Numbered from the stretch's first letter, positions 19,293 to 31,010 are shown. The stretch: DNA of 49,938 nt from Oligoflexales bacterium (GCA_041736175.1 JBGSUI010000011.1:1-49938); one strand, 5' to 3'. Translations and numbers: made by a program. The notes: generated by a model from the letters alone, not told the origin.

Positions 19293-20198
19293 ATGGCAGA
19301 AGTGACAACTTTTAGTGAAGCCCTTATCAACAAACTTTGCGATATATTTGCAGACCCCGCGACTGGTCTGACCGGTAGCGAAATCGGGACCTACCTTCTA
19401 CGCCTAGAAATGCCTGATCCAGGTGCTGGATTGACTAAAAGATCCCGGCTGATGGGGGGGCTGTTAGCGCGCCAAGCCAAAGACCAGAGTGGACGCAGTG
19501 TGATTGCCTTTGTCCAAGCTGCCATGGATCCTCTGCGTTATGCGGGAATGGGTGATCTGTTTGAATCTCGACGGGATGCTCTTGCGGCAGTTCTAGAGTC
19601 CAAGGGGCTTGTGGTCAAGGAGGACGGCAAGGTTCGGTTTCGTATCCAAATGCGGGATCCCGATCAGGTGGAATCGAAATCCCTGGAGTTTATGACGGAG
19701 TTGCAAAGGAGGGCTCTCCACAAAGAGGTCTTGCCGAGTATATCCCCTATCGTCTTGGAACAGGGTAATTTTCATGTGGCCTGCGAAATCGCGCGGACGG
19801 TGGCCGACAGGTTGCGGACGATTTCCGGTCTGACCTGCGATGGGAGCGAGCTGGTCGACCGAGCGCTGGGTGGACTGACCTTTGGGCGCTTACCTTTGGT
19901 GTCCCTCTCGACTCTTGACGACGATAGTGAGCGGTCTGAGCATAGTGCGTTTGTGGCTTTGATGAAGGGTTTTTTGGGGGCTTTCCGCCAGACCGCGGGG
20001 CACGGCCCCAGGATTCCATGGGCGGTCTCAGATGTGGATATTATCGACCTTGCCACCATGGCTTCCTTTCTCCACCGCCGCCTGGATCGGGCGCGGCGCT
20101 TGTGGCGCAGCCGCGGCGTTGCCGTCAACGAAGCAGGGCTTCAGAATCCTATGCGGGAAGGAACACAACCGTTGACTCCAGAAACCTCGATTAATTGA
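19293..20198 (+). CDS. TIGR02391 (Ymh-like) family protein
   Basis: GLTGSEI...TKRSRL N-domain; LHKEVL, DGSELVDRAL, SERSEHSAF..LMKG, ASFLHRRLD; AAGGAG RBS before ATG 19293. Confidence 0.75.
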   Translation: MAEVTTFSEALINKLCDIFADPATGLTGSEIGTYLLRLEMPDPGAGLTKRSRLMGGLLARQAKDQSGRSVIAFVQAAMDPLRYAGMGDLFESRRDALAAVLESKGLVVKEDGKVRFRIQMRDPDQVESKSLEFMTELQRRALHKEVLPSISPIVLEQGNFHVACEIARTVADRLRTISGLTCDGSELVDRALGGLTFGRLPLVSLSTLDDDSERSEHSAFVALMKGFLGAFRQTAGHGPRIPWAVSDVDIIDLATMASFLHRRLDRARRLWRSRGVAVNEAGLQNPMREGTQPLTPETSIN

Positions 20199-20229
20199 TT
20201 GATCTATAGATAGCAAAGGATCCCACTCG

Positions 20230-20454
20230 ATGGCTGACCACGAGACCCCGCCCCAACCCATCCGCCTGATCGCTTGTCCCCAATGCGGCAAGCGGGGACC
20301 GTACGATCTAAAGAATCCATCTCGGCCCTTTTGTAGCGATCGATGCAAGACCCATGATACCGCCCAATGGGCGACAGAAGGTTACCGGATCCCCGTAAAA
20401 CCCAGCGACGAAGATGAGGATTTCCAGAGGATTCCTACAGAGGAGGAAGATTGA
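20230..20454 (+). CDS. yacG: DNA gyrase inhibitor YacG
   Basis: CPQCGK...RPFCSDRCK..D...WA.EGYRIP. Confidence 0.9.
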   Translation: MADHETPPQPIRLIACPQCGKRGPYDLKNPSRPFCSDRCKTHDTAQWATEGYRIPVKPSDEDEDFQRIPTEEED

Positions 20455-20556
20455 AAGAGAATGGCAAATTTTTTCAAATCTGCCATTGACTTTCGAGTTA
20501 TCCCAAGGCACATTCATCTCACCTGAGGGATAGAAATAACACTCAGTAGCTCTTGC

Positions 20557-22273
<1,717 letters not shown>

Positions 22274-22292
22274 AAATTTCAACCATCTTAAA

Positions 22293-22694
22293 TTATTGAT
22301 CTTTTGCAATTCCCTCCCAAAACAGCTCCGAAAGTAACCTGATCAGTCTGGATCCATCAACGCCTGATTGGGTTACCTGGTTCTCCTGGATCGTAGAAAG
22401 CGGGCTCTCAACGTCTGACACTTTTGCATACTGTCTAGGTTTGCAACCCTTCTTAACTTTTGACTTTTTGGTATAGCCACGATGTTTTATTTTACTGATG
22501 CATTCGCGACACCTGCTATCCCGTTTGATATTCCCTGATTTGGTTTGTCTTTTTTTATGGAATTCTGTTGGAGGTTTTGACGCGTGGCAGCCCGTGCAAG
22601 CCCTGTCTAGTTCAGGTGAGTCAGGCACGGCTAGCGGGAGATCCTCCGACGAAATCTGGATAAAGTCTGTACCAAGATTGTCATGGTTAAGCAC
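22293..22694 (-). CDS. Small zinc-finger protein
   Basis: CTGCHASKPPTEFHKK...DSRCREC, a CxxC-K-EF-CxxC motif seen in phage proteins. Confidence 0.65.
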   Translation of the reverse strand: MLNHDNLGTDFIQISSEDLPLAVPDSPELDRACTGCHASKPPTEFHKKRQTKSGNIKRDSRCRECISKIKHRGYTKKSKVKKGCKPRQYAKVSDVESPLSTIQENQVTQSGVDGSRLIRLLSELFWEGIAKDQ

Positions 22695-23128
22695 TACTCA
22701 TGTTGCTCCGTTCCCGTCCCGTTGAAAGATTTGTCGAAATACATTTTGAATTCTTCGATGTCTAACACCGTTACAATTGGAGCCTGTCCGTTTAGCCTTT
22801 TAACGGACACTAGCTTGGCCACTTCAAGGCTTTTCAAAGCACGGTAGCCGGAGTCACGAGAAGCCCCAAATTTCCTCACAACTGATGGTGCTAATTTTAT
22901 AGTGCTAGTCCTTTTTAAGCCGATTAGGTACCAGATCGCCAAACCGACATGCAAAGCTTTGCCAGGAAGAGCTGAAGCTTTGGTAATCCAACGAAAGCAA
23001 ATGGGACCCTTGAGAAAGGGAGGCTTTTTGTTTGGAGATTTATCTCGAGGAGACCATAGAGCTCTTGGTGGAGAAAATTGCTTTGTATCTTGAGGTAAGC
23101 GGAAATTTTCTAATTTAAAGTCAGTCAT
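22694..23128 (-). CDS. Winged-helix DNA-binding protein
   Basis: FLKGPI..W...ALHVGLAIW..., RDSGYRALKSLEVAKLVSVKR..G; ATG 23128 preferred. Confidence 0.65.
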   Translation of the reverse strand: MTDFKLENFRLPQDTKQFSPPRALWSPRDKSPNKKPPFLKGPICFRWITKASALPGKALHVGLAIWYLIGLKRTSTIKLAPSVVRKFGASRDSGYRALKSLEVAKLVSVKRLNGQAPIVTVLDIEEFKMYFDKSFNGTGTEQHE

Positions 23129-23171
23129 AGTTTTAAATCCATCCTGGAGTAAAGATATAAATAGAAGGAGC

Positions 23172-23237
23172 GGGTGTGCGGAGATGCACCATCGATGTTG
23201 CATAGCCGCAATATTGATGGCGCAAATACGCACACCC
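23172..23237. repeat. Long imperfect inverted repeat (hairpin)
   Basis: GGGTGTGCG/CGCACACCC outer arms, GCACCATCGATGTTGC/GCAATATTGATGGCGC inner arms, 6-nt loop. Confidence 0.85.
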
Positions 23238-23249
23238 TAGAGGTTCAGG

Positions 23250-23408
23250 TCAATGGTGCTTTTGATCCAAATGCTTCATGACAATGCTCCACATCACTTT
23301 GCCGTGGGGCTCCTCATAGCGATCTGGATAAGTCACAACTTTTCCCTCTGAACTAAGTCGGAAACCCCCCAGCCCCTAGGCACTGGCCATCTACAAAGCT
23401 TGGGTCTC
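23250..23408 (-). pseudogene. Degenerate second copy of the polA 3' end
   Basis: Reads ETQAL*MASA*GLGGFRLSSEGKVVTYPDRYEEPHGKVMWSIVMKHLDQKHH*; about 77% nt identity to 23416-23551 by manual alignment. Confidence 0.85.
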
Positions 23409-25117
23409 GGTAATCCCAAATGCTTCATGACTTTGCCCCACATCTCTTTACCGCGTGGATCTTCATACCGATCGGGATAGGTCACGATTTTTACATCTGA
23501 CCTGAGCCTAAATCCACCAAGCACGTAGGCACTGGCCTCTTCCATAGCTTGTTGAGTCTCTGCGATCTTTTGGGGGAGTTCTTCAAGGCTTGCTTCTATG
23601 AGCAACGCATCATGGATAGGCCCACAAACCGAGATCCCCGCCTCTGTTGCAAATATGCAGGCGATGCGCAACATTTCTGCGCCATTGGCCTGCATAGGGA
23701 AATTCCTCAGAGACCGCTGGCTGGCATCGGCGGTCACAAAAAGCGGCCAACCCAAGGTGGTATGGATTTGGCTATGTGCCATTGCATCAAGTACCGCAGC
23801 ATCTGACCACTTCCAAAATTTCTGGTAGGTTTTCCTATGCAGTTCTAAAAGGTTCGATGCTTGCCATTTTGACTGACCGATACGCACGGCAAGGCTTTCG
23901 GCCCCCATGCCATATTGGACGGCCAGGGTACAAGCCTTGAATTGTTCTCTCTCGTTAGGATGTGAATGTTTTGTGGCATCTGCAGGGATCACACCAGCCT
24001 GCTTGGCAAATGCTAGATAGGGGTCTCCTGAACTATAGGCATCCATCATGACCTGGTCCCTCGACAATGCTGCACCAATTCCAAACTCCTGCTGAGACCA
24101 GTCGATGTATGCGACTCCCATCCCCTCCTTTGGTTTGATGAGCCCCCTATACCAGACTGCAGGTCCAAAAATATATTTGACATTACTTGGCTGATTGCGT
24201 CCGGTTTTTGAGCCGAAAGGAGATAGCAGGCAGCGATTCCGCCCATCACGACCTACGGCCAGATTGTTTAACCGCAGTTTGGACAGGGAATTGCGGAGTT
24301 GCCTCAATGGCTCAATAGAACTATGAGTTTTTGCCACCTCCTTAAAAGTATCGTCGTCAAGGGCAAGTACTCCCTTGGGAGTACGCGGCCAGGAAATTCC
24401 ATTTCGTTCAAGGTACCCCCTAAAGCGGTCGGACTTAAAGGTCAAACCGTCGTAGACCCCAAATGCCTGATCAATATCTTGGACCAAACCCTTTTTGATC
24501 CCCTCCCATTCTCTGCGCAAAACAAACAGCAGGTCAGCATCAATTGGAATGCCTAAATGCTCCATTCTTGCAACCGCAGCCATATACCGACCTCGTAGGA
24601 GGGCGCGTGGCCAATCAATATTCTCCTCCATTCTGGGTAGCAACTTTTCAAGGGCCCGAACATCAGACTCACAGTATTCTAATAATTGGTTAGATTCCTG
24701 TGCGGTCAAAGGCCCCTCCTTGATGGATAACTGCCGCAGATGGTTTTTCTCACCTGAAGCAATGCCATTGATGCCAAAATGGGCCAATGCTCCTAGCAAC
24801 CCCTTCCCGCAAATTGAAGGTCGCCCATTATTACACACGCGAAACTCAGTGTAGAGGTCCAGGATATTTGGGGGGACCTTCCAACCCAGTCTCAAGAAGC
24901 AGGAAATCTCAGCTGAGGCATAATAGGAGACAAAGAGGGTGTCATCACCTATTGGAAAAGGAGCGTCGCTTTGGACTTTTAAATCTTCTTCGCGCATACG
25001 AATAAGTTTCTTAGTCTTGTAGTCAAGAGCGACCATACACCTTGGCTCTACCTGTTCTCCTTGACCAGCTCTATATTCAAAATCTACAAGAAAAATGTTG
25101 TTATAGTTATGAAGCAT
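23333..25117 (-). CDS. Family A DNA polymerase with 3'-5' exonuclease, no 5'-3' exonuclease (mobile-element type)
   Basis: Exo motifs VDFEY, LDLYTEF and YCESDV; KTGRNQP; motif A YIDWSQQEF, B REQFKACTLAVQYG, C IHDALL. Confidence 0.92.
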   Translation of the reverse strand: MLHNYNNIFLVDFEYRAGQGEQVEPRCMVALDYKTKKLIRMREEDLKVQSDAPFPIGDDTLFVSYYASAEISCFLRLGWKVPPNILDLYTEFRVCNNGRPSICGKGLLGALAHFGINGIASGEKNHLRQLSIKEGPLTAQESNQLLEYCESDVRALEKLLPRMEENIDWPRALLRGRYMAAVARMEHLGIPIDADLLFVLRREWEGIKKGLVQDIDQAFGVYDGLTFKSDRFRGYLERNGISWPRTPKGVLALDDDTFKEVAKTHSSIEPLRQLRNSLSKLRLNNLAVGRDGRNRCLLSPFGSKTGRNQPSNVKYIFGPAVWYRGLIKPKEGMGVAYIDWSQQEFGIGAALSRDQVMMDAYSSGDPYLAFAKQAGVIPADATKHSHPNEREQFKACTLAVQYGMGAESLAVRIGQSKWQASNLLELHRKTYQKFWKWSDAAVLDAMAHSQIHTTLGWPLFVTADASQRSLRNFPMQANGAEMLRIACIFATEAGISVCGPIHDALLIEASLEELPQKIAETQQAMEEASAYVLGGFRLRSDVKIVTYPDRYEDPRGKEMWGKVMKHLGLPRPKLCRWPVPRGWGVSDLVQREKL

Positions 25118-25120
25118 GAC

Positions 25121-25687
25121 TTATTCCTTTCCTAGAAGACTAAGAATCACTGGATGGTCTTCAGAATCAATATAGCGATCTTTGAAAGCGATGTTAAAAA
25201 TGTCTTCTAAAGACATTTCAGGCCATTCGGGCTCGGCCATTTGAAACTCAGGAACAAAAGATTCGTAACATTGCGCTTCTATGTTTGTGCGTATGCGACA
25301 CCAACTGCTTTTTCCCAAGACCACTATATCTGTAGCTGATTCGCTATAGGGATCCAAAAAACCGCTAGAATTTGGTGTTGAAATAGGCCAAATAAAGAGC
25401 GAGCCTTGGCGCGAAATTCCTAAAGCAAAAAGCTTATATTTTAGATCTTTTTCTAGCAGTGTAGCTACGTCGCTCGAAACCAGGTAATATTCCTTTTTGT
25501 CCTTAAATTCGAGCACACAGCCTTTGTAGTGGTATTCATCGCTAGGATGGAACCGCACGTAAGTTAGACTATCAGGTCTTTTAACTACAATAGATATCCC
25601 CCTTTTTCTTTCGCTAAATTTTTCCTCGAAGTTTTGTGGTAACGTCAAGTCCTGTAGCTTAAATTTGTTTTTATTTCGATTTTCCAT
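25121..25687 (-). CDS. Polymerase-associated hypothetical protein (possible ssDNA-binding protein)
   Basis: Aromatic, beta-rich, YVRFHP, FIWPI, EPEWPE, IDSEDHPV; directly upstream of polA. Confidence 0.6.
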   Translation of the reverse strand: MENRNKNKFKLQDLTLPQNFEEKFSERKRGISIVVKRPDSLTYVRFHPSDEYHYKGCVLEFKDKKEYYLVSSDVATLLEKDLKYKLFALGISRQGSLFIWPISTPNSSGFLDPYSESATDIVVLGKSSWCRIRTNIEAQCYESFVPEFQMAEPEWPEMSLEDIFNIAFKDRYIDSEDHPVILSLLGKE

Positions 25688-25931
25688 GTGTATCTCCCTT
25701 TAATTGATTGTCAACGTTTTGAATGGCATTAGCGTAGCCAAAAATAAGTGTTCGAAGTCGTTTCGAAAGACCCCGATCTCCAAATGCCCGAAGAATCAAG
25801 CTGCGCAGTGCCGGCCAACCTGGGTCACCTTCCATTCTGCAAGCGACTAAATCGAGAATTGTTCCTCGGTAAAAGTTAAGGGTATCTTCTACTCTCTCGA
25901 GAAGTAGCTCTGTTTGGTCAGAGTGTTCCAT
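25671..25931 (-). CDS. Small hypothetical protein
   Basis: Overlaps neighbours in the operon; helical, WPALRSLILRAFGDRGL. Confidence 0.6.
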   Translation of the reverse strand: MEHSDQTELLLERVEDTLNFYRGTILDLVACRMEGDPGWPALRSLILRAFGDRGLSKRLRTLIFGYANAIQNVDNQLKGDTHGKSK

Positions 25932-26241
25932 GATTACCCCCTAATTTTTGACGTCGATTTGCCTGTAAACGATTTCCGACAAGTGCTTGCAAAATCTTGT
26001 CGATTTTACGTGAGGCTCGCCACTTCATTGCTTTTAACAGTTCACTGAGGACGCTTCGATTGTCTGCTTCAGACGAGGGTTTTCCTATCGACGTCACGAA
26101 GTCAGACTTAAACAAGACCCAGCTCGGATCATGTCGAGTCAATTGCCTCGAAATCCCACGACTTTTTCCAGATTTATTCTGGAATAGTTCGATTAAACGA
26201 TGCTTAAACCTCTGATGTGGATGCAATAGACGTATATTCAT
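25918..26241 (-). CDS. Small basic hypothetical protein, first gene of the polA operon
   Basis: GGGAGG RBS before ATG 26241; overlaps the next gene. Confidence 0.5.
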   Translation of the reverse strand: MNIRLLHPHQRFKHRLIELFQNKSGKSRGISRQLTRHDPSWVLFKSDFVTSIGKPSSEADNRSVLSELLKAMKWRASRKIDKILQALVGNRLQANRRQKLGGNHGTL

Positions 26242-27278
26242 GTTTCCTCCCGCAATGGTGGGCTGGAGGAAGCTGTCAACAATTGTCATCCCCATCCAGT
26301 CCATTTTTCTAACGACATGTGTCGTAGTGGAGCGATGGTGGCCGAAATGGGGATGGGTGTCACGAATGTTCTGAAGCAAGAAGCGAAATATATATCAACA
26401 GAAATCAGTACTAAATAACTGTTATTACTATATTATCTCAGAATTATGTCCCCCTTTTTTCCGTTGCGGTGTCCCTACTTACAAATTCTGCCCGATCAAT
26501 ATACATAAACTATTTCAAATTTGTATTTATGGCGTTAACTCTATAATTTATCTTTTATACATTGCGATATTAGGAGGGATTCCTCAAATTTACAGATATT
26601 ATGGTTTGCAGCTATGATTGCGGATATCCATAAATAACGTTGAGAAAGCGGCAATTTTATAAATGAGCAGATCCTATTGGTCGTAGAAGAAATGATTTTG
26701 GTGCCTCCGCAATAGAGTAGTGATTTGGCCTTCTGATAATTAATTTAGGTAAAAATATCATCAATATTTGAGCTGCATTCTTCGAAAAAACAATAGGATT
26801 TCGAGAGCGCAAAAATCGCTACAATCATTTCTAGTTTGTTACATTTACATCAGGATATTAAACAGTTTATTTTCTAATTTTTTCTCGGCAAGTTACCGGC
26901 GCTATTACCGTGGCTCATTACGTTTGGATAAATTAAAAATATTGGCGTACATTTTATCTTTTATTTTGTTTGTCGTGGAGACTCTAGGGTCTGTTCCGAT
27001 CTTATTCATAAAAACAAAATGTTTTGTTACCCCTCTTTGGATCCATGGAGCCAACTTTCCTCAACCCTGCTTGTCTTAATCCGCGGGTAATGTTCCGCAC
27101 TCAGCGTAGATCATTATTTTTTCGCTGAAAATTATTCTTGCTGATGTTACTTCGTCAATGGATTCGGATATACTTTACCTTTCAATCCAATGATAAGTGC
27201 CATCTTTATATGTATAAATTTTATCTTAATTCTGGGAATGAAATATACCACTAAGCGGAACGTGGATATAGAACCACA

Positions 27279-27956
27279 TCATTTGGATTTGATGGTCCAT
27301 GTTGGCGAGGCGCCATCCACAGCAATTATGTTGACGGCAAATGTCAAATTGCCAGACCCAATTAAATTGCTGTCTTCAGGAAGAGCCTGTTCTCTCTGCT
27401 TGTTGTAGAGAAATGCAGAGATGAAGCCCGTGCCAATTTTTCCGGTTTCATGATAGTGCTCATATACATCGCTGATATCCTCCAACGACTTTTTCTTCTT
27501 TTGAGGAAAAAAGTCGTCGGAGCAATTTGTTGCCTCTCCTAGAAAAACGATTTGGTGGGTGGAATTGAATGCCATCACATCGCAGGAATGGTGTGAACTC
27601 GAATTGCCAAAATGAATTGCTATCTCAGTACACCCTCCGGCCTGTTTTATATTTTCCCATACTTTCGGTAGCGCATTTAAGATCACCAAATTTGTCGCAA
27701 TGCGGTTTATCACTTCATAAAGAGAAATTCCGCGCTCCTTGCGCTTCTTGTTGGAGCTATGAAATACCAACGTAGACCATTTCTGGTTTTTTAGCGGATT
27801 CTGCTTAAATTTGATCCATTTCTCAATTGAATCTCGCGCCTTGTCACCAAATACTTGCTCTGACGCGTTTGCCAAAGTTTCTAGATCTTCCAAGAAAAGA
27901 TTGCGCCAGTTAGAGAGCTCTGTTTTGAATTTATCTACACTTGCTTTATGTTGCAT
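27279..27956 (-). CDS. Hypothetical protein, possible PD-(D/E)XK-like fold
   Basis: AGAGGA RBS; YEVIN...CDVMAF...FLGEATN pattern. Confidence 0.5.
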   Translation of the reverse strand: MQHKASVDKFKTELSNWRNLFLEDLETLANASEQVFGDKARDSIEKWIKFKQNPLKNQKWSTLVFHSSNKKRKERGISLYEVINRIATNLVILNALPKVWENIKQAGGCTEIAIHFGNSSSHHSCDVMAFNSTHQIVFLGEATNCSDDFFPQKKKKSLEDISDVYEHYHETGKIGTGFISAFLYNKQREQALPEDSNLIGSGNLTFAVNIIAVDGASPTWTIKSK

Positions 27957-28026
27957 TTTGTTCCTCTATTCAGATATTTGGTCTTAAGCAATCCGAGGAG
28001 CTCTAAAAACGTTTTGAAGTATATCT

Positions 28027-28938
28027 TCAGGCTGAATTTGGCTTTACATCTATTGGTCGAGATACCCCGTTATTGGTGAGACTTGTTTTCACCCTTGACG
28101 ATTTAGCAGCAGTTCCTAAAATTTTCCTAGCACGCCATGCTTCTGCAGTTCTACAATTATCTGAACAATACTTCAATCCTGGTCTTCTTTTGATGAGTAC
28201 ATTAATTTCTCCACATTCTCTACATTGAGTAAAGGGAGGTTCTTCATGATACACTAGGTGACTAGTGCTCAATTGTTTGTAGATTAAAGGAATTAGCAGT
28301 TTTTCAATGATTTTTTCGCAGATTGGTTCATTTAACAAAGATTCCAAATCTTCACTAGTATTAGGGAAATTGTTAGTATGCTGCGAAAAATACTCGAATG
28401 ACTTCTTATAAAGCGGTTTGCTTACGCACCGACAAAGAATGTTAAACGCTTCTCTGCGTATGGTATTAATAAGAAGCTTGTCTTGGTAACATGATTCCAA
28501 AACCATTCTAACTTTCTGTGCAGAATTGGCTGAAAAAGAGTAGCCATAAACCTCCTTACAATACGGCTTTAAACTCTTTATAAATTCTTCAACTAGTTTT
28601 TTCCAAGCGTCGAATTCACATTTTTGCGCTTTCGCGATGAATTTAGCGCAATACTTCGCCCTTTGTGGGTTTTTTGTGGAATTTTTTCTCGAAAATTTTA
28701 CAGGGTCGACATAATTTTCAGGCATAGTTTGACACATCGATCCCACTACTGGCAAACCAATAATGCCCTGATATTTTTTTGCTATCTTTACCTGGAAAAC
28801 AGTATGAAATTGAAGAAAATTGAAGCTAAGCTCCAGGTATTTTCCTATTTTTTCTCTCACTTCCTTCCGCATTCTACATTTAGCTTCTGACTTAGTCTTA
28901 GACTTTATTTTATTTGATTTTTTCATTTCTGTCGCCAT
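28027..28938 (-). CDS. Protein with C-terminal CGNR-like zinc finger
   Basis: CRECGE...RRPGLKYCSDNCR..AWRAR; start uncertain. Confidence 0.65.
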   Translation of the reverse strand: MATEMKKSNKIKSKTKSEAKCRMRKEVREKIGKYLELSFNFLQFHTVFQVKIAKKYQGIIGLPVVGSMCQTMPENYVDPVKFSRKNSTKNPQRAKYCAKFIAKAQKCEFDAWKKLVEEFIKSLKPYCKEVYGYSFSANSAQKVRMVLESCYQDKLLINTIRREAFNILCRCVSKPLYKKSFEYFSQHTNNFPNTSEDLESLLNEPICEKIIEKLLIPLIYKQLSTSHLVYHEEPPFTQCRECGEINVLIKRRPGLKYCSDNCRTAEAWRARKILGTAAKSSRVKTSLTNNGVSRPIDVKPNSA

Positions 28939-29007
28939 TTGAAACAATCTTAATGGTACTTGATTTAAAAAACATTTATGTACCTTGAACAATCGAATGT
29001 ATTTTCC

Positions 29008-29036
29008 ACTTCCCACTTTCTCCACAAGTGGGAAGT
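29008..29036. repeat. Perfect 11-bp inverted repeat with 7-bp spacer
   Basis: ACTTCCCACTT-tctccac-AAGTGGGAAGT; the motif recurs as CTTCCCACTTGT at 31054-31065. Confidence 0.85.
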
Positions 29037-29048
29037 CACTTATGTGCG

Positions 29049-29516
29049 TTATTCTTGATTTTGAAGCTTTGTTTTACGGCTTTCTTCCAGCTTTTTTAGT
29101 TTTGCCCGTGCTGAGCTAGGTATTTTGAGTAAATCGAAGTTGTGGTCATTAGCAGCAAGCCTTCTGGCCGACAACATCAAAAGAGCGTTCTCCTGCTGTT
29201 CATCGGGTGCATCAAAATCCACCTTTTTAAGCTTTGAGACAAAGTGAAAAAGCTTTCTATATTCCAGTCCACTGACCGTTGCTATTTCTTTGAGACTCAA
29301 CCCGGGTCGACGAACCTCTTGGAATGTCTTTTTAATGACCTCTAGCGCCAGGAGATCTTTCACATTGAGTACCAGAGGCGCACCCAAAGCATTGGCGGCA
29401 AAAAGCCACGGGCTCTGGTCATTTATAGCTGCGACAAGTTTTTCGTATGTTTTAGGTTCGAGCTGGGTGCGAAGAGTACTGCCCGCGTAATAAATTTTAA
29501 GATCTATTGTAGCCAC
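29049..29516 (-). CDS. Hypothetical protein (possible HTH in C-half)
   Basis: Operon with the recombinase; GLSLKEIATVSGLEYRKL. Confidence 0.6.
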   Translation of the reverse strand: MATIDLKIYYAGSTLRTQLEPKTYEKLVAAINDQSPWLFAANALGAPLVLNVKDLLALEVIKKTFQEVRRPGLSLKEIATVSGLEYRKLFHFVSKLKKVDFDAPDEQQENALLMLSARRLAANDHNFDLLKIPSSARAKLKKLEESRKTKLQNQE

Positions 29517-30082
29517 TGTGCATCCTTTCCATCTCCCAAATCTAAATCAGGGTGCGTTAAATTTAGATCAGAGGCCGCGAGAGGCTCTATTAAAGAAATG
29601 ATATTTCGAGAAGAAGAGGTGAGACAAAAGCAAGTTTTATTTTCTTCAACAATAAGCTCTTGCACTTGGAATTTTGGGTGTGCCTTTTGTAGAGCAGAAA
29701 GGAGGGAGAGCAGTTTATTTTGGTCAAAGGCAGTTACCTCTGCATAAATCGATTTATCGTACCGCAGTCCCATTGACGCCAGATGTAAAAGAGCAACATC
29801 AACAGCCAGAGCGGTTGAAGCAGCTAAGATGTAGTCGGTAAAGTAAATGTTTGAAACCTCATGAGGAACATCAAAGCTTTGAGAGCATGGAAGCTGAGTT
29901 AGGTAGGGCTTTTTTGAAAAATTGAGTAACTCCACAGCATACTGGGATTTAAATTTTTCAACAGACTTATCTTGGCAAAAAATCACTGAGGGACCTGCCT
30001 TTGCTAGGGCCGTCAGGATCCAGATCGTTTTAGCGGTTTTTTCGCGTCCAAGGATGATACTGATATTTAGGTCCGATGCCAT
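29504..30082 (-). CDS. Hypothetical protein, degenerate P-loop-like N-terminus
   Basis: ISIILGREKTAKT; starts immediately after the recombinase stop. Confidence 0.55.
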   Translation of the reverse strand: MASDLNISIILGREKTAKTIWILTALAKAGPSVIFCQDKSVEKFKSQYAVELLNFSKKPYLTQLPCSQSFDVPHEVSNIYFTDYILAASTALAVDVALLHLASMGLRYDKSIYAEVTAFDQNKLLSLLSALQKAHPKFQVQELIVEENKTCFCLTSSSRNIISLIEPLAASDLNLTHPDLDLGDGKDAQWLQ

Positions 30083-30083
30083 A

Positions 30084-31010
30084 TTAAATGCCTCGCGTCA
30101 AATTGATTGGAAATGCCTTTTCTAAAGGCGGGAGGACTGCCGCATTCAATGTGGGGCAATGGGCTAAATAGGAAAGTGTCGTTTCGATGTGAGTATGCCT
30201 AAGTCGCCTTTGGATAAAACTTAAGGGATAGCCATTGACGGAGCATATAGTGGCATGGGCAGCGCGCAGCGAATGACATGATAGTCCCTGGCGCCATTCA
30301 GCCTTGCGAAAATATGCGTCGACAATGTAGCGGACTCCACGGGTTGTCAATCGTTTAGGAGGTCCACTTTTATTGGGAAACAGTGGATCCTTTGAATTCG
30401 AGCTTTTATTTTGCTTGAGGTATGCATTTAGAATCCGAATGGTTGGCTCCAAACATTGGATGTAGTCGATAGTCCCGCCCTTGCCATGAATGGTCAGCCG
30501 TAACCCTCGCTGGAATCGTTGAATATCAACATAATTGAGCCGTACGACCTCATGGACCCTCAAAGCTTCATATAACATCAACGCGATGAGTGCCGTGTCC
30601 CGCAGGCCATTGTGGGTTTTAGGATCCAATAATTTGCTGAGTCGCCTTAACTCGTCGAGGTCAGGTGCCTGGGGTGCCCGGCGATCCCTAACTTTTGGGG
30701 CAAGGGACATTTCGACCGGGTTCATTGCTATAAGCCCACGGTCAACGAGGAACTGGTATAGCCTTTTAAGCCGACCGACCCGTTCACGGATAGTCGCATG
30801 TCCCAATCCTTGGCCATCCTGAAGAAAACGGACGTATTTTGCGAGCTCCAGGCGGTCCTCCTGTCCAGTCCAGGGGGCAAACCACTGTTGCATGCTGCGA
30901 ATATCCGCAAGGTAATTCGAGCGGGTATTGACACTTGGGATCCCGACAAGAAATTCCTCGGTAAGTGCTTGAATTTTAATTGATTTTCTCACTACTAAGG
31001 AATCCCCCAT
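30084..31010 (-). CDS. Tyrosine recombinase/integrase (XerC/D-like)
   Basis: RDTAL..LRVHEV, HGKGG, HSLR, LRHTHIETTLSY catalytic set; N-terminal SAM-like domain. Confidence 0.9.
   Translation of the reverse strand: MGDSLVVRKSIKIQALTEEFLVGIPSVNTRSNYLADIRSMQQWFAPWTGQEDRLELAKYVRFLQDGQGLGHATIRERVGRLKRLYQFLVDRGLIAMNPVEMSLAPKVRDRRAPQAPDLDELRRLSKLLDPKTHNGLRDTALIALMLYEALRVHEVVRLNYVDIQRFQRGLRLTIHGKGGTIDYIQCLEPTIRILNAYLKQNKSSNSKDPLFPNKSGPPKRLTTRGVRYIVDAYFRKAEWRQGLSCHSLRAAHATICSVNGYPLSFIQRRLRHTHIETTLSYLAHCPTLNAAVLPPLEKAFPINLTRGI

Noticed and set aside
23267..23551. polA repeat pair as a DGR template/variable repeat
   Set aside because: Mismatches are not adenine-specific and are largely synonymous; no reverse transcriptase in the window.
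26768..27079. 103-aa plus-strand ORF
   Set aside because: TTG start, no RBS, AT-rich; more likely the shadow of decayed minus-strand sequence.
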